In this document: positions 10,251-20,848 of the stretch, piece after piece | Position numbering within the stretch: position 1 is the stretch's first letter | Layout of the letters: every line of letters starts with the position of its first letter | Source of the DNA: Pseudomonadota bacterium | Lineage (GTDB): Bacteria > Bdellovibrionota > FAC87 > UBA2466 | Assembly (NCBI GenBank): GCA_009927165.1 | Contig: RFNO01000053.1 | Location: 16,143-80,142, forward strand | DNA: 64,000 nt | Reading direction: 5' to 3' | The notes under the pieces: model-generated | What the model saw: only the letters and a program-made list of their open reading frames with translations | The model's database searches: none | Told to the model about the DNA's origin: nothing | Position numbers and translations under genes: made by a program

Positions 10251-11371
10251 TGCCTAGTCATGGTTGGAATGCAGCCCTCTACTTAGAAAATGGTCATCTT
10301 TTTCTTGGAAAGGGTTTTGGCGCCAGACAAGCTCGAGGGGGCGAAGCCGTATTTAATACTGGAATGACGGGCTACCAAGAAATATTTTCGGATCCTTCTT
10401 ATTCGCATCAAGTCGTTGTTTTGACGAGCACCCAAGTTGGAAATTACGGGATCAATCCTGAGGATACTGAATCTGAAACTTTGTTATTAAAAGGAGTCGT
10501 TGCCCGGGAATACTTTTCGGAACCCTCCAATTGGAGAGCTCAACAAAACCTGGGAGATTATTTAGAAAAATCTGGAGTTCCCGGTATTTCCGAAGTCGAT
10601 ACTCGGCGAATTACTCAAATTTTGAGGGATGAGGGCGCACAAAGAAGTATTATTTTCCCAATCGAAAAAGAAACACGCACAGAGATCCAAGCGAAAGCCC
10701 AAACCCTCCTGGGCAAGATTCCTGCAATGGAAGGTTTGGAGTTGGTTAGCCAAGTGAGCTGCAAAGTGCCTTGGGAGTTTGATGAGAAAAAAAACAAGTC
10801 TCGTAATACCCTTGGAACCATGGTTGTTTATGATTATGGGGTCAAATGGAATATTCTGAGGAGTTTGTCTGAAAGAGGATTTAAAGTCAGAGTGGTTCCC
10901 TACCAAATGCCCCATCAAGAAGTTTTGAAAGAGAAGCCAGCCGCTGTTTGCTTGTCTAATGGTCCGGGAGATCCCGCTCGTGTACCTTCCGCCATTCACG
11001 AGATTCAAGGGATTTTAGGCAAACTTCCTGTATTAGCCATCTGCATGGGACATCAACTCTTGGCAAGGGCCCTCGGCGGAGAAACTTATAAGCTAAAATT
11101 CGGCCATCATGGAGTAAATCATCCCGTGCAAGAATTAGAGACCGGACGGATTATGATCACTTCTCAAAATCATGGATTTGCAGTAAACGCAGATTCTCTT
11201 CCCCAAAAAGATGTAAAAATCAGTCTAATAAATCTTAATGACCGAACCGTTGAGGGATTTGTATCGACCACATTGCGGTTTTCTAGCATTCAATTCCATC
11301 CCGAAGCCAAACCGGGACCTAGCGATGCTAATTTTCTTTTTGATAATTTTCTTAAGGGGTTCGTAAAATGA
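10250..11371 (+). CDS. carA: Carbamoyl-phosphate synthase small (glutaminase) subunit
   Basis: CPSase small-subunit N-domain plus GATase CMGHQLL catalytic Cys region. Confidence 0.9.
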   Translation: MPSHGWNAALYLENGHLFLGKGFGARQARGGEAVFNTGMTGYQEIFSDPSYSHQVVVLTSTQVGNYGINPEDTESETLLLKGVVAREYFSEPSNWRAQQNLGDYLEKSGVPGISEVDTRRITQILRDEGAQRSIIFPIEKETRTEIQAKAQTLLGKIPAMEGLELVSQVSCKVPWEFDEKKNKSRNTLGTMVVYDYGVKWNILRSLSERGFKVRVVPYQMPHQEVLKEKPAAVCLSNGPGDPARVPSAIHEIQGILGKLPVLAICMGHQLLARALGGETYKLKFGHHGVNHPVQELETGRIMITSQNHGFAVNADSLPQKDVKISLINLNDRTVEGFVSTTLRFSSIQFHPEAKPGPSDANFLFDNFLKGFVK

Positions 11372-12042
11372 ATACAGAAACAACGACAAGCAAAAGAAAT
11401 CTACCAGGTACTCTTTATCCGGACTTTGTTGCCATTGTTGATCAGCTCATTGAGACGGTGGATAAAAAAGATCTGGAATTGATGAGAAAGGATTTTCACA
11501 CACGTCTTCGAATGACTCTCTCTCAGCCAGAGCGTGCTGAACTTGTTGAGGACCTTTGGGATTTTTTCTACGATTGGTGTCTTTTCGAACAAAAACTTCC
11601 AGAGAACATGACCTCCTGGCCCATGCATATCCAGGGAATTTGGAAGCAACTGAAACAAGAGAATTTGCGGGGTTTGTACTCTATCCAAAAAATTAATGAC
11701 GAAGGCTTAAAGTTAAAAGAACTTTTCACGGGAAAGACTCATTTTATTCCAAGAAAGTATGATTCTGATTTTTTGGGTTTCCAAAAAGGGGACCTGATTG
11801 AGGGACGATTGATTGGTGATGGCTCTGGAAAAAGAGATTCCAGTGCTTTTGTAAGACGACCGTCTTATCACCCTCTGGAAGTTCATGATTACATCAAAGG
11901 GAAAGTTAAAAAGTTTAAGAAAGATAAAGATTACGATACTTATCAGAGTTGGTTGTGGCTCTTAGTAGGGATGTACTTAAAATATCGAATCTATGAGCAC
12001 ATGCCGATTCAAAAAATTTACGACGATAACAGCAGGATTTGA
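11368..12042 (+). CDS. Hypothetical protein inserted between carA and carB (no recognisable domain)
   Basis: 224-aa ORF. ATGA overlap with the carA stop, and its stop lies 2 nt before the carB ATG. Trp-rich, soluble. Confidence 0.5.
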   Translation: MNTETTTSKRNLPGTLYPDFVAIVDQLIETVDKKDLELMRKDFHTRLRMTLSQPERAELVEDLWDFFYDWCLFEQKLPENMTSWPMHIQGIWKQLKQENLRGLYSIQKINDEGLKLKELFTGKTHFIPRKYDSDFLGFQKGDLIEGRLIGDGSGKRDSSAFVRRPSYHPLEVHDYIKGKVKKFKKDKDYDTYQSWLWLLVGMYLKYRIYEHMPIQKIYDDNSRI

Positions 12043-12044
12043 AG

Positions 12045-15000
12045 ATGCCCAAGCGAACGGACATCAAAAAAATATTGGTGATTGGTTCAGGACCCATTGT
12101 AATTGGTCAGGCGTGTGAATTTGATTACTCAGGTACACAGGCCTGCAAAGCTTTAAAAGAAGAGGGATACGAAGTTGTTTTGGTGAATAGCAATCCTGCT
12201 ACGATCATGACTGATCCAATTTTTTCTGACAGAACTTATATAGAACCCCTAACAGTTCCTTACCTAGAAGACCTAATTCAGAGAGAGAGGCCCCAGGCTT
12301 TATTACCGACGGTAGGGGGACAAACGGCGCTCAATCTGGCTATGGCTCTTCATAAAAAAGGCATATTAGCCAAATATGGAGTGGTGCTTATTGGGGCCGA
12401 TGAAGTGGCAATTGAAAAAGCCGAGAGTCGAGAGCTATTTAAGAAGGTTCTTACTAAGGTGGGGGTAGATTTTCCTAAAAGTGGTGAAGCAAAAACGCTA
12501 GAACAAGCGCTAGAAATCGTCTCTCAAATTGGGTTCCCCTGTGTCATTCGTCCTTCTTTTACACTGGGGGGAACCGGAGCGAGTATTGCGTTCAATATTG
12601 AAGAATTTCAAGTGGAGTGCAATCGCGGAATTGAAGCGAGTCCGGTGGGTGAAGTTCTCATCGAAGAATCGGTACTGGGATGGAAAGAATTTGAGCTCGA
12701 ACTCATTCGAGACCGAAAAGACAATGTTATTGTGGTGTGTTCCATTGAAAATATTGACCCTATGGGAGTTCACACGGGCGACAGTATAACGGTAGCTCCT
12801 GCTCAGACCTTATCTGATGTTGAATACCAACGAATGCGTGACCAAGCTTTGGCGATTATTCGTGAGGTGGGAGTTGATACTGGAGGTTCAAACATTCAGT
12901 TCGCTATCCATCCAAAGACCGGACGAATGGTTGCCATTGAAATGAACCCGCGTGTCTCCAGAAGTTCTGCTCTTGCTTCAAAAGCAACCGGATTTCCCAT
13001 AGCAAAGATCGCTACGAAGCTAGCAGTAGGCTATTCACTCGATGAAATACCTAACGATATCACCCAAAAGACTCCCTCGTGTTTTGAGCCATCGATTGAT
13101 TACGTCGTGACCAAAATTCCCCGGTTTGCTTTTGAGAAATTTCCCCGCTCGGATGCTCGGCTTTCGCCTTCGATGAAGTCGGTGGGTGAAGCTATGGCTA
13201 TCGGAAGAACTTTTAAGGAATCGCTTCAAAAAGCACTCCGATCTTTAGAAGTAACATGGTCGGGACTAAACGTATTGCAGGAGCGTCGCCAGATTAAGAC
13301 CGAAGAGGGGTGGGTCGAAGGTATCAAGAACTACATCCAGACCCCCAAGCCTGATCGAATTTTATGGGTCGCCCAAGCGTTTAGAGAGGGAATTTCTGTC
13401 GAGGAAGTTTACTCCTTAACTGCTATTGACCCCTGGTTTTTAAGACAGATCCAAGAAATTACAATTGAAGAGAAAGAAATTCGAAATTGGTCAGGAAAAC
13501 TTCCTGAAGTTTCGGAAATGATGATGAGGTCGTGGAAACGGATTGGCTTTTCGGATAAAACTCTTTCAGAAATTCTGAACACTACCGAAGAATCGGTTAG
13601 AGCTCATCGATATGCTCTGAGAGTGTTGCCCGTGTTTAAATGTATTGACACTTGTGCAGCTGAATTTGAATCATCAACTCCTTATTTTTATTCAACTTAC
13701 GAAGAAGTGGGTGACAAAGTTAATCATTCTGGAAAAAAGAAAATCATGATTCTGGGTGGGGGTCCGAATCGAATCGGACAAGGAATTGAGTTTGATTATT
13801 GTTGCGTGCAAGCCTTATTTGCTTTGGAAGATGAAGGCTTTGAAAGCATTATGGTTAATTGCAATCCAGAAACGGTCAGTACGGATTATGACATGAGCGA
13901 TAAGCTCTACTTTGAGCCTTTAACGCTCGAAGATATCCTTCATGTTATCGAATCAGAAAAGCCAGCTGGAGTGGTTGTGCATTTTGGTGGTCAGACACCA
14001 CTCAATTTAAGTAGAAAATTAGCCAAACTAAATATTCCGATTTTGGGAACTTCTGCTCAAGCTATTGAAGTTGCCGAAGATCGAGACAAGTTTAGAGCTT
14101 TGTGCTCTTGTTTAGGATTGCGCCAACCGGAAAGCGTTGTGGTAAGTGATCCAGACAGAGTCATCGAGGCTGCAGATCAGTTGGGTTATCCCCTCCTAGT
14201 TCGTCCCTCCTATGTTCTCGGGGGCAGAGGAATGGAGATCATATACAATAGTCGGGAACTCCAAAAATGGCTTAGAAAAAAACATGAAATTACCGAGGAT
14301 AGCCCTCTGTTGATGGATCGTTTCTTGAGCAATGCCATCGAAGTCGATGTCGACGCCATTTGTGACGGGGAGCAAGTTCTCATTGTGGGCATGATGGAGC
14401 AAATACATGAGGCAGGAGTTCACTCCGGAGATTCTGCCTGCAGTCTTCCACCAATCACTTTAAAGAAATCAATACAAGAGGAGTTGGAAAGACAAACCAG
14501 ATTAATTGCCCTAGATCTTAAAGTGAAAGGGTTAATCAATATCCAGTTTGCTATTGAGTCAGATACTATTTTTATTATTGAAGTGAATCCCCGTGCATCG
14601 CGAACAGTCCCTTTTGCTAGCAAAGCTAGAGGAGTGCCCTATGCCAAAATAGCGATGAAAGTCATGCTAGGAAAAAAACTCCACGAAGTAGAGATTCCCG
14701 CTGTTTCCATGGATTTGGTTTATGTGAAGGAGTCGGTTTTCCCATTTAAACGATTCCCCGAGACGGACATTATCCTGGGACCTGAGATGCGATCTACAGG
14801 GGAGGTTATGGGAGTAGGCAAGACCTTTGGAGAAGCCTTTGGAAAAGCTACTTTAGCATCAGGCTATCCGTTACCTCTCACAGGAACCGCTTTTCTCAGT
14901 GTGAAAGATGCCGACAAAGGGGCTTGTTTACAAATTGCTAAAGAACTCGTGAATCTAGGGTTTGATTTGGTTGCTACCAAAGGGACAGCAGATTTTTTGA

Positions 15001-15278
15001 GTCGCCGAGGGGTAAGCGTACGGCCAGTAAACAAAGTGAATGAAGGCCGTCCTCATATTGTTGATCATATTAAAAATGGTGAAATTAGTTTGGTGGTAAA
15101 CACTTCTGCTTTAGGGGTACACGAAGTGGGTGCTGCTTATGAATTAAGAAGAAATACCCTCATGCGAAATTTATGCTACTTTACGACCGTTGCAGCTGCG
15201 AGGGCAGGTGTCCAAGCGATAGCTGAACACAAGCGGGTGCCACTCAGCACCCATTGTTTGCAGGAGCGGAGCTTATGA
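12045..15278 (+). CDS. carB: Carbamoyl-phosphate synthase large subunit
   Basis: [31 protein letters not shown]-terminus. Duplicated ATP-grasp halves and a C-terminal MGS-like domain. 1077 aa. Confidence 0.95.
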   Translation: MPKRTDIKKILVIGSGPIVIGQACEFDYSGTQACKALKEEGYEVVLVNSNPATIMTDPIFSDRTYIEPLTVPYLEDLIQRERPQALLPTVGGQTALNLAMALHKKGILAKYGVVLIGADEVAIEKAESRELFKKVLTKVGVDFPKSGEAKTLEQALEIVSQIGFPCVIRPSFTLGGTGASIAFNIEEFQVECNRGIEASPVGEVLIEESVLGWKEFELELIRDRKDNVIVVCSIENIDPMGVHTGDSITVAPAQTLSDVEYQRMRDQALAIIREVGVDTGGSNIQFAIHPKTGRMVAIEMNPRVSRSSALASKATGFPIAKIATKLAVGYSLDEIPNDITQKTPSCFEPSIDYVVTKIPRFAFEKFPRSDARLSPSMKSVGEAMAIGRTFKESLQKALRSLEVTWSGLNVLQERRQIKTEEGWVEGIKNYIQTPKPDRILWVAQAFREGISVEEVYSLTAIDPWFLRQIQEITIEEKEIRNWSGKLPEVSEMMMRSWKRIGFSDKTLSEILNTTEESVRAHRYALRVLPVFKCIDTCAAEFESSTPYFYSTYEEVGDKVNHSGKKKIMILGGGPNRIGQGIEFDYCCVQALFALEDEGFESIMVNCNPETVSTDYDMSDKLYFEPLTLEDILHVIESEKPAGVVVHFGGQTPLNLSRKLAKLNIPILGTSAQAIEVAEDRDKFRALCSCLGLRQPESVVVSDPDRVIEAADQLGYPLLVRPSYVLGGRGMEIIYNSRELQKWLRKKHEITEDSPLLMDRFLSNAIEVDVDAICDGEQVLIVGMMEQIHEAGVHSGDSACSLPPITLKKSIQEELERQTRLIALDLKVKGLINIQFAIESDTIFIIEVNPRASRTVPFASKARGVPYAKIAMKVMLGKKLHEVEIPAVSMDLVYVKESVFPFKRFPETDIILGPEMRSTGEVMGVGKTFGEAFGKATLASGYPLPLTGTAFLSVKDADKGACLQIAKELVNLGFDLVATKGTADFLSRRGVSVRPVNKVNEGRPHIVDHIKNGEISLVVNTSALGVHEVGAAYELRRNTLMRNLCYFTTVAAARAGVQAIAEHKRVPLSTHCLQERSL

Positions 15279-15748
15279 ATTCTGTGCCAATGACCCTCAA
15301 TGGGAAAAAGAAGCTTGAAGAGGAACTAAAACAACTCAAATTCCACGAGAGACCAAAAGTTATTCAGGAAATTGCTGTTGCTCGTGCTCACGGCGATCTA
15401 TCAGAAAATGCCGAATACGATGCTGCCAGGGAAAAACAGGGCTTTATTGAGGGACGTATTCAAGAAATTGAAGATAAGATAGCACGCGCTCAAGTAGTAG
15501 ATACGAGTCAGATTAAGACTGATCGTATTGTGTTTGGTGCTAACGTGGAAATTAAAGATTTAGATTCGGGTGACTCAAAAAAGTATCACATTGTGGGAGT
15601 AGATGAAGCAGATGTAAAAGAGGGAAAACTCTCTATTGAATCGCCCATAGCAAGGCAGCTTTTAAATAAAAAAGAAGGCGACGTTGTGACTATCCGAGTG
15701 CCCAAGGGAGAGTTGGAATACGAGGTGATTAGCATTCGGTATGAGTGA
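15275..15748 (+). CDS. greA: Transcription elongation factor GreA
   Basis: [16 protein letters not shown]... coiled-coil N-domain with acidic tip (DLSENAEYD), FKBP-like C-domain. ATGA overlap with the carB stop. Confidence 0.85.
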   Translation: MNSVPMTLNGKKKLEEELKQLKFHERPKVIQEIAVARAHGDLSENAEYDAAREKQGFIEGRIQEIEDKIARAQVVDTSQIKTDRIVFGANVEIKDLDSGDSKKYHIVGVDEADVKEGKLSIESPIARQLLNKKEGDVVTIRVPKGELEYEVISIRYE

Positions 15749-17825
15749 TGTTCTCAATTGCCCCATCCAATTTGTGAAAGGGGTGGGGCCTAAACTTGCT
15801 AAAATTCTTTCCAAAAAAGGGATTTCAACAGTCGAAGATGCCCTTTATTTTTTGCCGAGGGATTACGAGGATCGGCGAAAGTTAACCCCATTAGCCGAAT
15901 TAAAAGCAGGAAAGTTCTCTGTTGTATTTGGTAAAGTTTCTTCAGTAAAACCTCAGCGCATAGGAAGAAAACATCGACTTGAAGTAACTCTCAGTGACCT
16001 CTCCGGTAGTCTAAACTTATTTTGGTTTCATGCTTATCCTGCCCTCATCGAAGAGTTTGCCATTGGGAGTCTTTTTGTGGCTGCAGGCGAAGTTCGTGTT
16101 TCTGCTCGTGGGCTTCAAATGGCTCACCCTGAATTTGAGAAAGTATCGGAAACCAAAAACGGGAAGCCCGTTATCAGCATTAATTTTGGGCGAGTCGTTC
16201 CTGTTTATAGTGAGACTGAAGGACTCCACCAAAAAACATTGAGACGAGTGATGAAAGAAGCTCTACAAACTTCGCTTCCTCACCTTAAAGAGAGTCTTCC
16301 TGAACAGCTGCTGACTGATCTTGCTTTACCCAGCTTACGCCAAAGTTTTACCAAAATTCATTTCCCCGATGAGCTCCCTAAATCGGATATTCTAAGCGAG
16401 TCGGTCAAGCGGATCATTTTTGAAGAGTTTTTTATCCTTGAATTAGGATTGGCTTTGCGGAAGCAAAGGCACCAAAAAGAAAAAGCACCTCCTTTGGTCG
16501 ATGGTCAAGGGAAGCTGGCAGCTTTGTTGAAAGCCTTGCCGTTTGAACTCACTAACGATCAAAAAGAGGCTCTTGAAGTTACCCGACAAGATTTGGGTAG
16601 AGCGTTTGCTATGAGTCGATTAATTCAAGGAGACGTGGGCTCTGGCAAAACAGTCGTAACACTAGGGGCTGCTGCCGTGGCAAGCGGTAGCGGCTTTCAA
16701 ACTGCTTTTATGGCCCCAACTGAAGTGTTGGCGCAACAGCATTATCGAACTGCAAAAGCGCTGCTCGGTAACATTGGGGTACCGGTGTATTTGCTCACGC
16801 AGTCAAATACCGATAAAAAAGAGACTGAGCTTTTACTGCAAAAGGACGAAACTTGTTTAGTCATTGGCACCCATGCGCTCTTTCAGGAGTCGATTAAATT
16901 TAAAAAATTAGGTCTAGTTATTGTGGATGAGCAGCATCGTTTTGGAGTGGAGCAACGAGGGTTGCTGCTCAAGAAAGTCGACAAGGGAAGTCCTCATTTA
17001 TTAATGACTACTGCTACTCCTATTCCTAGAACTCTTGCTCTTACTTTGTATGGCGATTTGGATTTGAGTGTGATTCGGCAGAAGCCCCAAGGAAGAAAGC
17101 CGATTAAAACAAGAATTTTGAAAGATAAAGATCGCCCAAAATTGTATCAACAGATTACAGAAGTAGTAACAAGAGGTAACCAGGCTTATATCATTTACCC
17201 GTTAGTTGACGAATCGGAGAAGCTTGAACTGAGGTCCGCTACTGAAATGCATCGCCGTTTAAGCAAAGAAGTATTTTCCGAATTTCGGGTTGGATTAGTT
17301 CATGGCCGAATGAAAAGTGATGAAAAGGAAAAGGTTCTCTCCGAATTCAAAGAGAAAAAGTTTGATATTCTCATTTCAACGACGGTCATTGAAGTCGGCA
17401 TTGATGTTCCTAATGCTACGCTTATGGTGATTGAGCATCCCGAGCGTTTGGGATTGTCGCAACTACATCAGCTTCGGGGGCGAGTTGGGAGAGGTAGCAC
17501 GGCGAGCGAATGTGTCTTATTAGCTGATGCCTTTGTGACAGAACGCCTAAGAATTATGACTAAGACGGAAGACGGATTCGTCATTGCAGAAGAAGACTTA
17601 AGAATTAGAGGGCCGGGAGAATTTTTAGGAACTCGACAAAGTGGCTTGCCAGGTTTTAGAGTCGGGAATATTTTACGGGATGCTGATTTGCTTCAGCGAG
17701 CTAAAGAAGAAGCTGAAAAACTGCTCAGTCAAGATCCAGAACTGATTCAAACATCGAATGCGACCATACGTAATCTGGTTGAGAATCGGTGGAAACAAAA
17801 AATTGAGAGATTAAGAGGGGGATAA
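15741..17825 (+). CDS. recG: ATP-dependent DNA helicase RecG
   Basis: Wedge domain; SF2 helicase motifs [33 protein letters not shown]. Confidence 0.9.
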   Translation: MSDVLNCPIQFVKGVGPKLAKILSKKGISTVEDALYFLPRDYEDRRKLTPLAELKAGKFSVVFGKVSSVKPQRIGRKHRLEVTLSDLSGSLNLFWFHAYPALIEEFAIGSLFVAAGEVRVSARGLQMAHPEFEKVSETKNGKPVISINFGRVVPVYSETEGLHQKTLRRVMKEALQTSLPHLKESLPEQLLTDLALPSLRQSFTKIHFPDELPKSDILSESVKRIIFEEFFILELGLALRKQRHQKEKAPPLVDGQGKLAALLKALPFELTNDQKEALEVTRQDLGRAFAMSRLIQGDVGSGKTVVTLGAAAVASGSGFQTAFMAPTEVLAQQHYRTAKALLGNIGVPVYLLTQSNTDKKETELLLQKDETCLVIGTHALFQESIKFKKLGLVIVDEQHRFGVEQRGLLLKKVDKGSPHLLMTTATPIPRTLALTLYGDLDLSVIRQKPQGRKPIKTRILKDKDRPKLYQQITEVVTRGNQAYIIYPLVDESEKLELRSATEMHRRLSKEVFSEFRVGLVHGRMKSDEKEKVLSEFKEKKFDILISTTVIEVGIDVPNATLMVIEHPERLGLSQLHQLRGRVGRGSTASECVLLADAFVTERLRIMTKTEDGFVIAEEDLRIRGPGEFLGTRQSGLPGFRVGNILRDADLLQRAKEEAEKLLSQDPELIQTSNATIRNLVENRWKQKIERLRGG

Positions 17826-17826
17826 G

Positions 17827-18657
17827 TTGAAAAAATGGTTCATAATCTTGGTCGGTTTGGCTGTTTCGTGTGGTTGGGGTGCCTTGCCCGAAAGTCTTCC
17901 TATTCACCATCAGCCTTTTTGGGGACCTAAACTACCCAATGAATTTCGGGGAACCCGCCATGCAGATTGGATTTTTCTTTACGACGGGCCAGGGAGCTGG
18001 GAAGTCGGAACAGAAAACCTCAAAGCATTTTTGCGTGAAAATAATTACTCTTATCAAACTAAGGGGCCCCATGACTTATTAAATGGAGATTTGCAGATGG
18101 AAAAACCAGGGCTCCTCATTATGCCCGGGGGAGAATCCTGGGTATATTTAGAATATCTCGGAGATAGGGGAGCTCAGGAAATTATTAGATTTGTTAAAAA
18201 TGGTGGTAGTTATTTGGGCGTTTGCGCAGGTGCTTTTTATGCTACTTCTCATCGGGAAGGCGGGGCTGCAACTGGACCCTACGGAATCGGCCTTCTTGAG
18301 GGGGTTGCTCACGATGGAACTTACTTAAAAGAGCCAGGTTACAGTGAGGGCGTGGTGAACTTTAGTTGGGAATTAGGGAATCCTTTAGTAGAAGGGCTGG
18401 GAAATTTTGTAAATATGCTGCTCTATGGAGGGCCGGCTTTTCGTTTTTCCATTGAAGAGGCTCAGAAGAAAAATATTCAAACAGTTTTAAGATTTTCTCA
18501 CTCTCTTGAGCCCGCTATGATTCAACTTGAGTATGGAAAGGGAAAGGTTTTCTTGTCTGCTCCTCACGTTGAAATAAAAGAAGAGAAGGGAGAAAAGCCA
18601 CTTCATGATTTCTCATGGCCCTTTCTTGAGCGGGTAGTGAACTCCTTAATGAATTGA
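17827..18657 (+). CDS. Secreted protein with a class-I glutamine-amidotransferase-like (BPL_N-type) domain
   Basis: Signal peptide MKKWFIILVGLAVSCGWG. LLIMPGGESW...GGSYLGVCAGAFYA motif typical of the BPL_N/GATase1-like fold. Confidence 0.45.
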   Translation: MKKWFIILVGLAVSCGWGALPESLPIHHQPFWGPKLPNEFRGTRHADWIFLYDGPGSWEVGTENLKAFLRENNYSYQTKGPHDLLNGDLQMEKPGLLIMPGGESWVYLEYLGDRGAQEIIRFVKNGGSYLGVCAGAFYATSHREGGAATGPYGIGLLEGVAHDGTYLKEPGYSEGVVNFSWELGNPLVEGLGNFVNMLLYGGPAFRFSIEEAQKKNIQTVLRFSHSLEPAMIQLEYGKGKVFLSAPHVEIKEEKGEKPLHDFSWPFLERVVNSLMN

Positions 18658-18785
18658 GATGGAGCGGCCAGGGAATACGCTGGTAACGCAAAGCGATAGA
18701 TTTGAGCTGAAAGTGTGAAGAAATTTTCAAAATAATCCGATAGGGAGTATGGCCCACAAGTGCACTGGGCCAGGACACCTTATCA

Positions 18786-20693
18786 ATGGAAAATACTCTT
18801 TTTGTTTTTTACGATTGCCCTGATATTAAGGCGATTTCGTCCAAGTTTGTTGCTCACTCTGTGCTTGCCCACAGTCCTGACCAGCTTTTAGGAGCGATAC
18901 AGAAAGCCCATCAAGAACGCCTTCGCATTGCGTTCTTTGTAACAGAACAAGACTGCCACCGAATTAGTCAGCTCATCGACGCTAGAGCTGCCAAAGAGGA
19001 TTGCCCCAGTTTTGGTTATATCGTCCTCAGTGATAATCCGAAAAATTTCTTTCAAAATCCTCGAGTGCTCTCCCGGTTAATAGACATCATCGAGCCAAAA
19101 AAGATAAAAAAAGAGGCAGAAACCTTTTTCATGAAAATTTGTAAGTTGATTGCTCATCTTTCTGAGATTAATACCACTCGGATCAATTCAACGATGCTTC
19201 AAAAACTCAACGAAATTTTTATTGAATTATCAGCTGAAAGAAATCCCGAAAAATTATTGGTCACGATTCTTTCCAAAGGAATTGAACTTTCAGGCGCTCA
19301 GGGGGGAACGCTTTTTGTGTTGAATGAGGTTGATGGAGATTTGGAATTTCGCTTTAGGATCACTGATTCCGGAGGAAAAGAAATCAACTTTGAGGAAGTA
19401 AATTCCCGAGTTCAGGAAAATAGTGTTTGTGGCTATGTCGCTCTTACTGGAAAAAGTACCAATGTAACTTCTACTCAAGAGACAAAGTTATCTCAAGGGT
19501 TTCCCATGTTTTCGTCGCTTGACCATGTGCAACCCCAAGGAAATCAATCGTTGTTGACAGTTCCTCTACGAGACAGTCGTGGCGATTGTCGAGGAGTCTT
19601 GCAACTGGCCAACAAAGTAAAGTCTAATGGGGAATACGCACCTTTTGATTTAGAAGATGAAAGTTTAGTGAAGTCGTTTAGCACCCAAGCAGCAATTTGT
19701 CTCGAGACGAGTGATGTCTATCGAGATGTTCAAAAGCTTTTCGAAGGTTTTGTTAAAGCTTCTATTACTGCAATCGAGTCCAGAGATCCTAGTACGGGTG
19801 GACATTCGGAACGAGTGGCATCGATGTGTGTAGCTCTCGCTCGAGCTACCACGGAAGTTAGCACAGGAATTTATCGTTCAGTAAAATTCAAAGAGGACGA
19901 AATAAAGGAGTTGGAATACGCTGCTCTTCTCCATGATTTCGGAAAAATTGGTGTCAAAGAACAAGTGTTAGTCAAAGCAAAGAAGCTATATACCCATCAA
20001 TTAGAATCGATAAAAGAACGAATAAATACTTGTAAAGCTGCCGCAAAGATTTGTTTTCTTGAACAGCGTATTCATTTGGGAGAATCCCATCGTCAACAAC
20101 TGGAGCACCAGTACCACGAGAGAGTTCGTCAAGTGGATAACTACTGGAATCTTATTATTGCCGCCAATGAGCCTAATATTTTAAAGAAAGAAAACGAGCA
20201 AATACTGGACCAGATACGCCATGAGCAGCTCTTGCTTCCGGATGGTACACAAGTATCTTTACTCACAGAAGAAGAGTATCTTGCGTTGTCGGTTCAACAG
20301 GGTTCACTCACTGATAGTGAAAGAGAAGAAATTGAGTCACATGTTCGCCATACGTACCAATTTTTAAAAAATATTCCTTGGACTCGCGACTTTAAAAACC
20401 TCACCGAAATCGCTTACTGCCATCACGAAAAACTTGATGGTACTGGATATCCTCGAGGTTTGACGAGCCATGAAATACCCCTGCAATCCAAAATCATGAC
20501 CATCGCAGATATTTTTGACGCACTCACTGCAGCTGACCGTTGGTATAAAGAGGCAGTACCCATCGAACGCGCACTAGAGATATTGGGACAGGAAGTTAAA
20601 GAAGGTAAGCTTGATCCGGTACTATCCGAAATCTTTATCGAAAAAAAGATTTACTCAACTGCCGTACTGCAGAAACTAGGCAAAGTTGCATAG
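18786..20693 (+). CDS. GAF domain / HD-GYP domain protein (probable c-di-GMP phosphodiesterase)
   Basis: HDFGKIGV (HD) and HHEKLDGTGYPRGL (GYP) motifs. Central GAF-like region. N-terminal ~120 aa of unknown fold. Confidence 0.75.
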   Translation: MENTLFVFYDCPDIKAISSKFVAHSVLAHSPDQLLGAIQKAHQERLRIAFFVTEQDCHRISQLIDARAAKEDCPSFGYIVLSDNPKNFFQNPRVLSRLIDIIEPKKIKKEAETFFMKICKLIAHLSEINTTRINSTMLQKLNEIFIELSAERNPEKLLVTILSKGIELSGAQGGTLFVLNEVDGDLEFRFRITDSGGKEINFEEVNSRVQENSVCGYVALTGKSTNVTSTQETKLSQGFPMFSSLDHVQPQGNQSLLTVPLRDSRGDCRGVLQLANKVKSNGEYAPFDLEDESLVKSFSTQAAICLETSDVYRDVQKLFEGFVKASITAIESRDPSTGGHSERVASMCVALARATTEVSTGIYRSVKFKEDEIKELEYAALLHDFGKIGVKEQVLVKAKKLYTHQLESIKERINTCKAAAKICFLEQRIHLGESHRQQLEHQYHERVRQVDNYWNLIIAANEPNILKKENEQILDQIRHEQLLLPDGTQVSLLTEEEYLALSVQQGSLTDSEREEIESHVRHTYQFLKNIPWTRDFKNLTEIAYCHHEKLDGTGYPRGLTSHEIPLQSKIMTIADIFDALTAADRWYKEAVPIERALEILGQEVKEGKLDPVLSEIFIEKKIYSTAVLQKLGKVA

Positions 20694-20755
20694 AGTTATA
20701 GGTTTGGTAAGTGGAAAAATTTTCCTACCTGCGGACAAAAGTTCCCGTCAATCCA

Positions 20756-20783
20756 TTGACAAAAAAATCAGTTGTCGTAATAT
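20756..20783 (+). promoter_or_regulatory. Sigma-70-type promoter candidate (TTGACA-N16-TAATAT) upstream of the FleQ-like EBP gene
   Basis: Near-consensus -35/-10 hexamers with 16-17 nt spacing, about 65 nt upstream of the ATG at 20849. Confidence 0.4.
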
Positions 20784-20848
20784 TAAAGGGTTCAGACCTC
20801 TTTTTCTAACGTTTCCAAAATAAATTTGCATCTTCGAAGAAAACAGAA

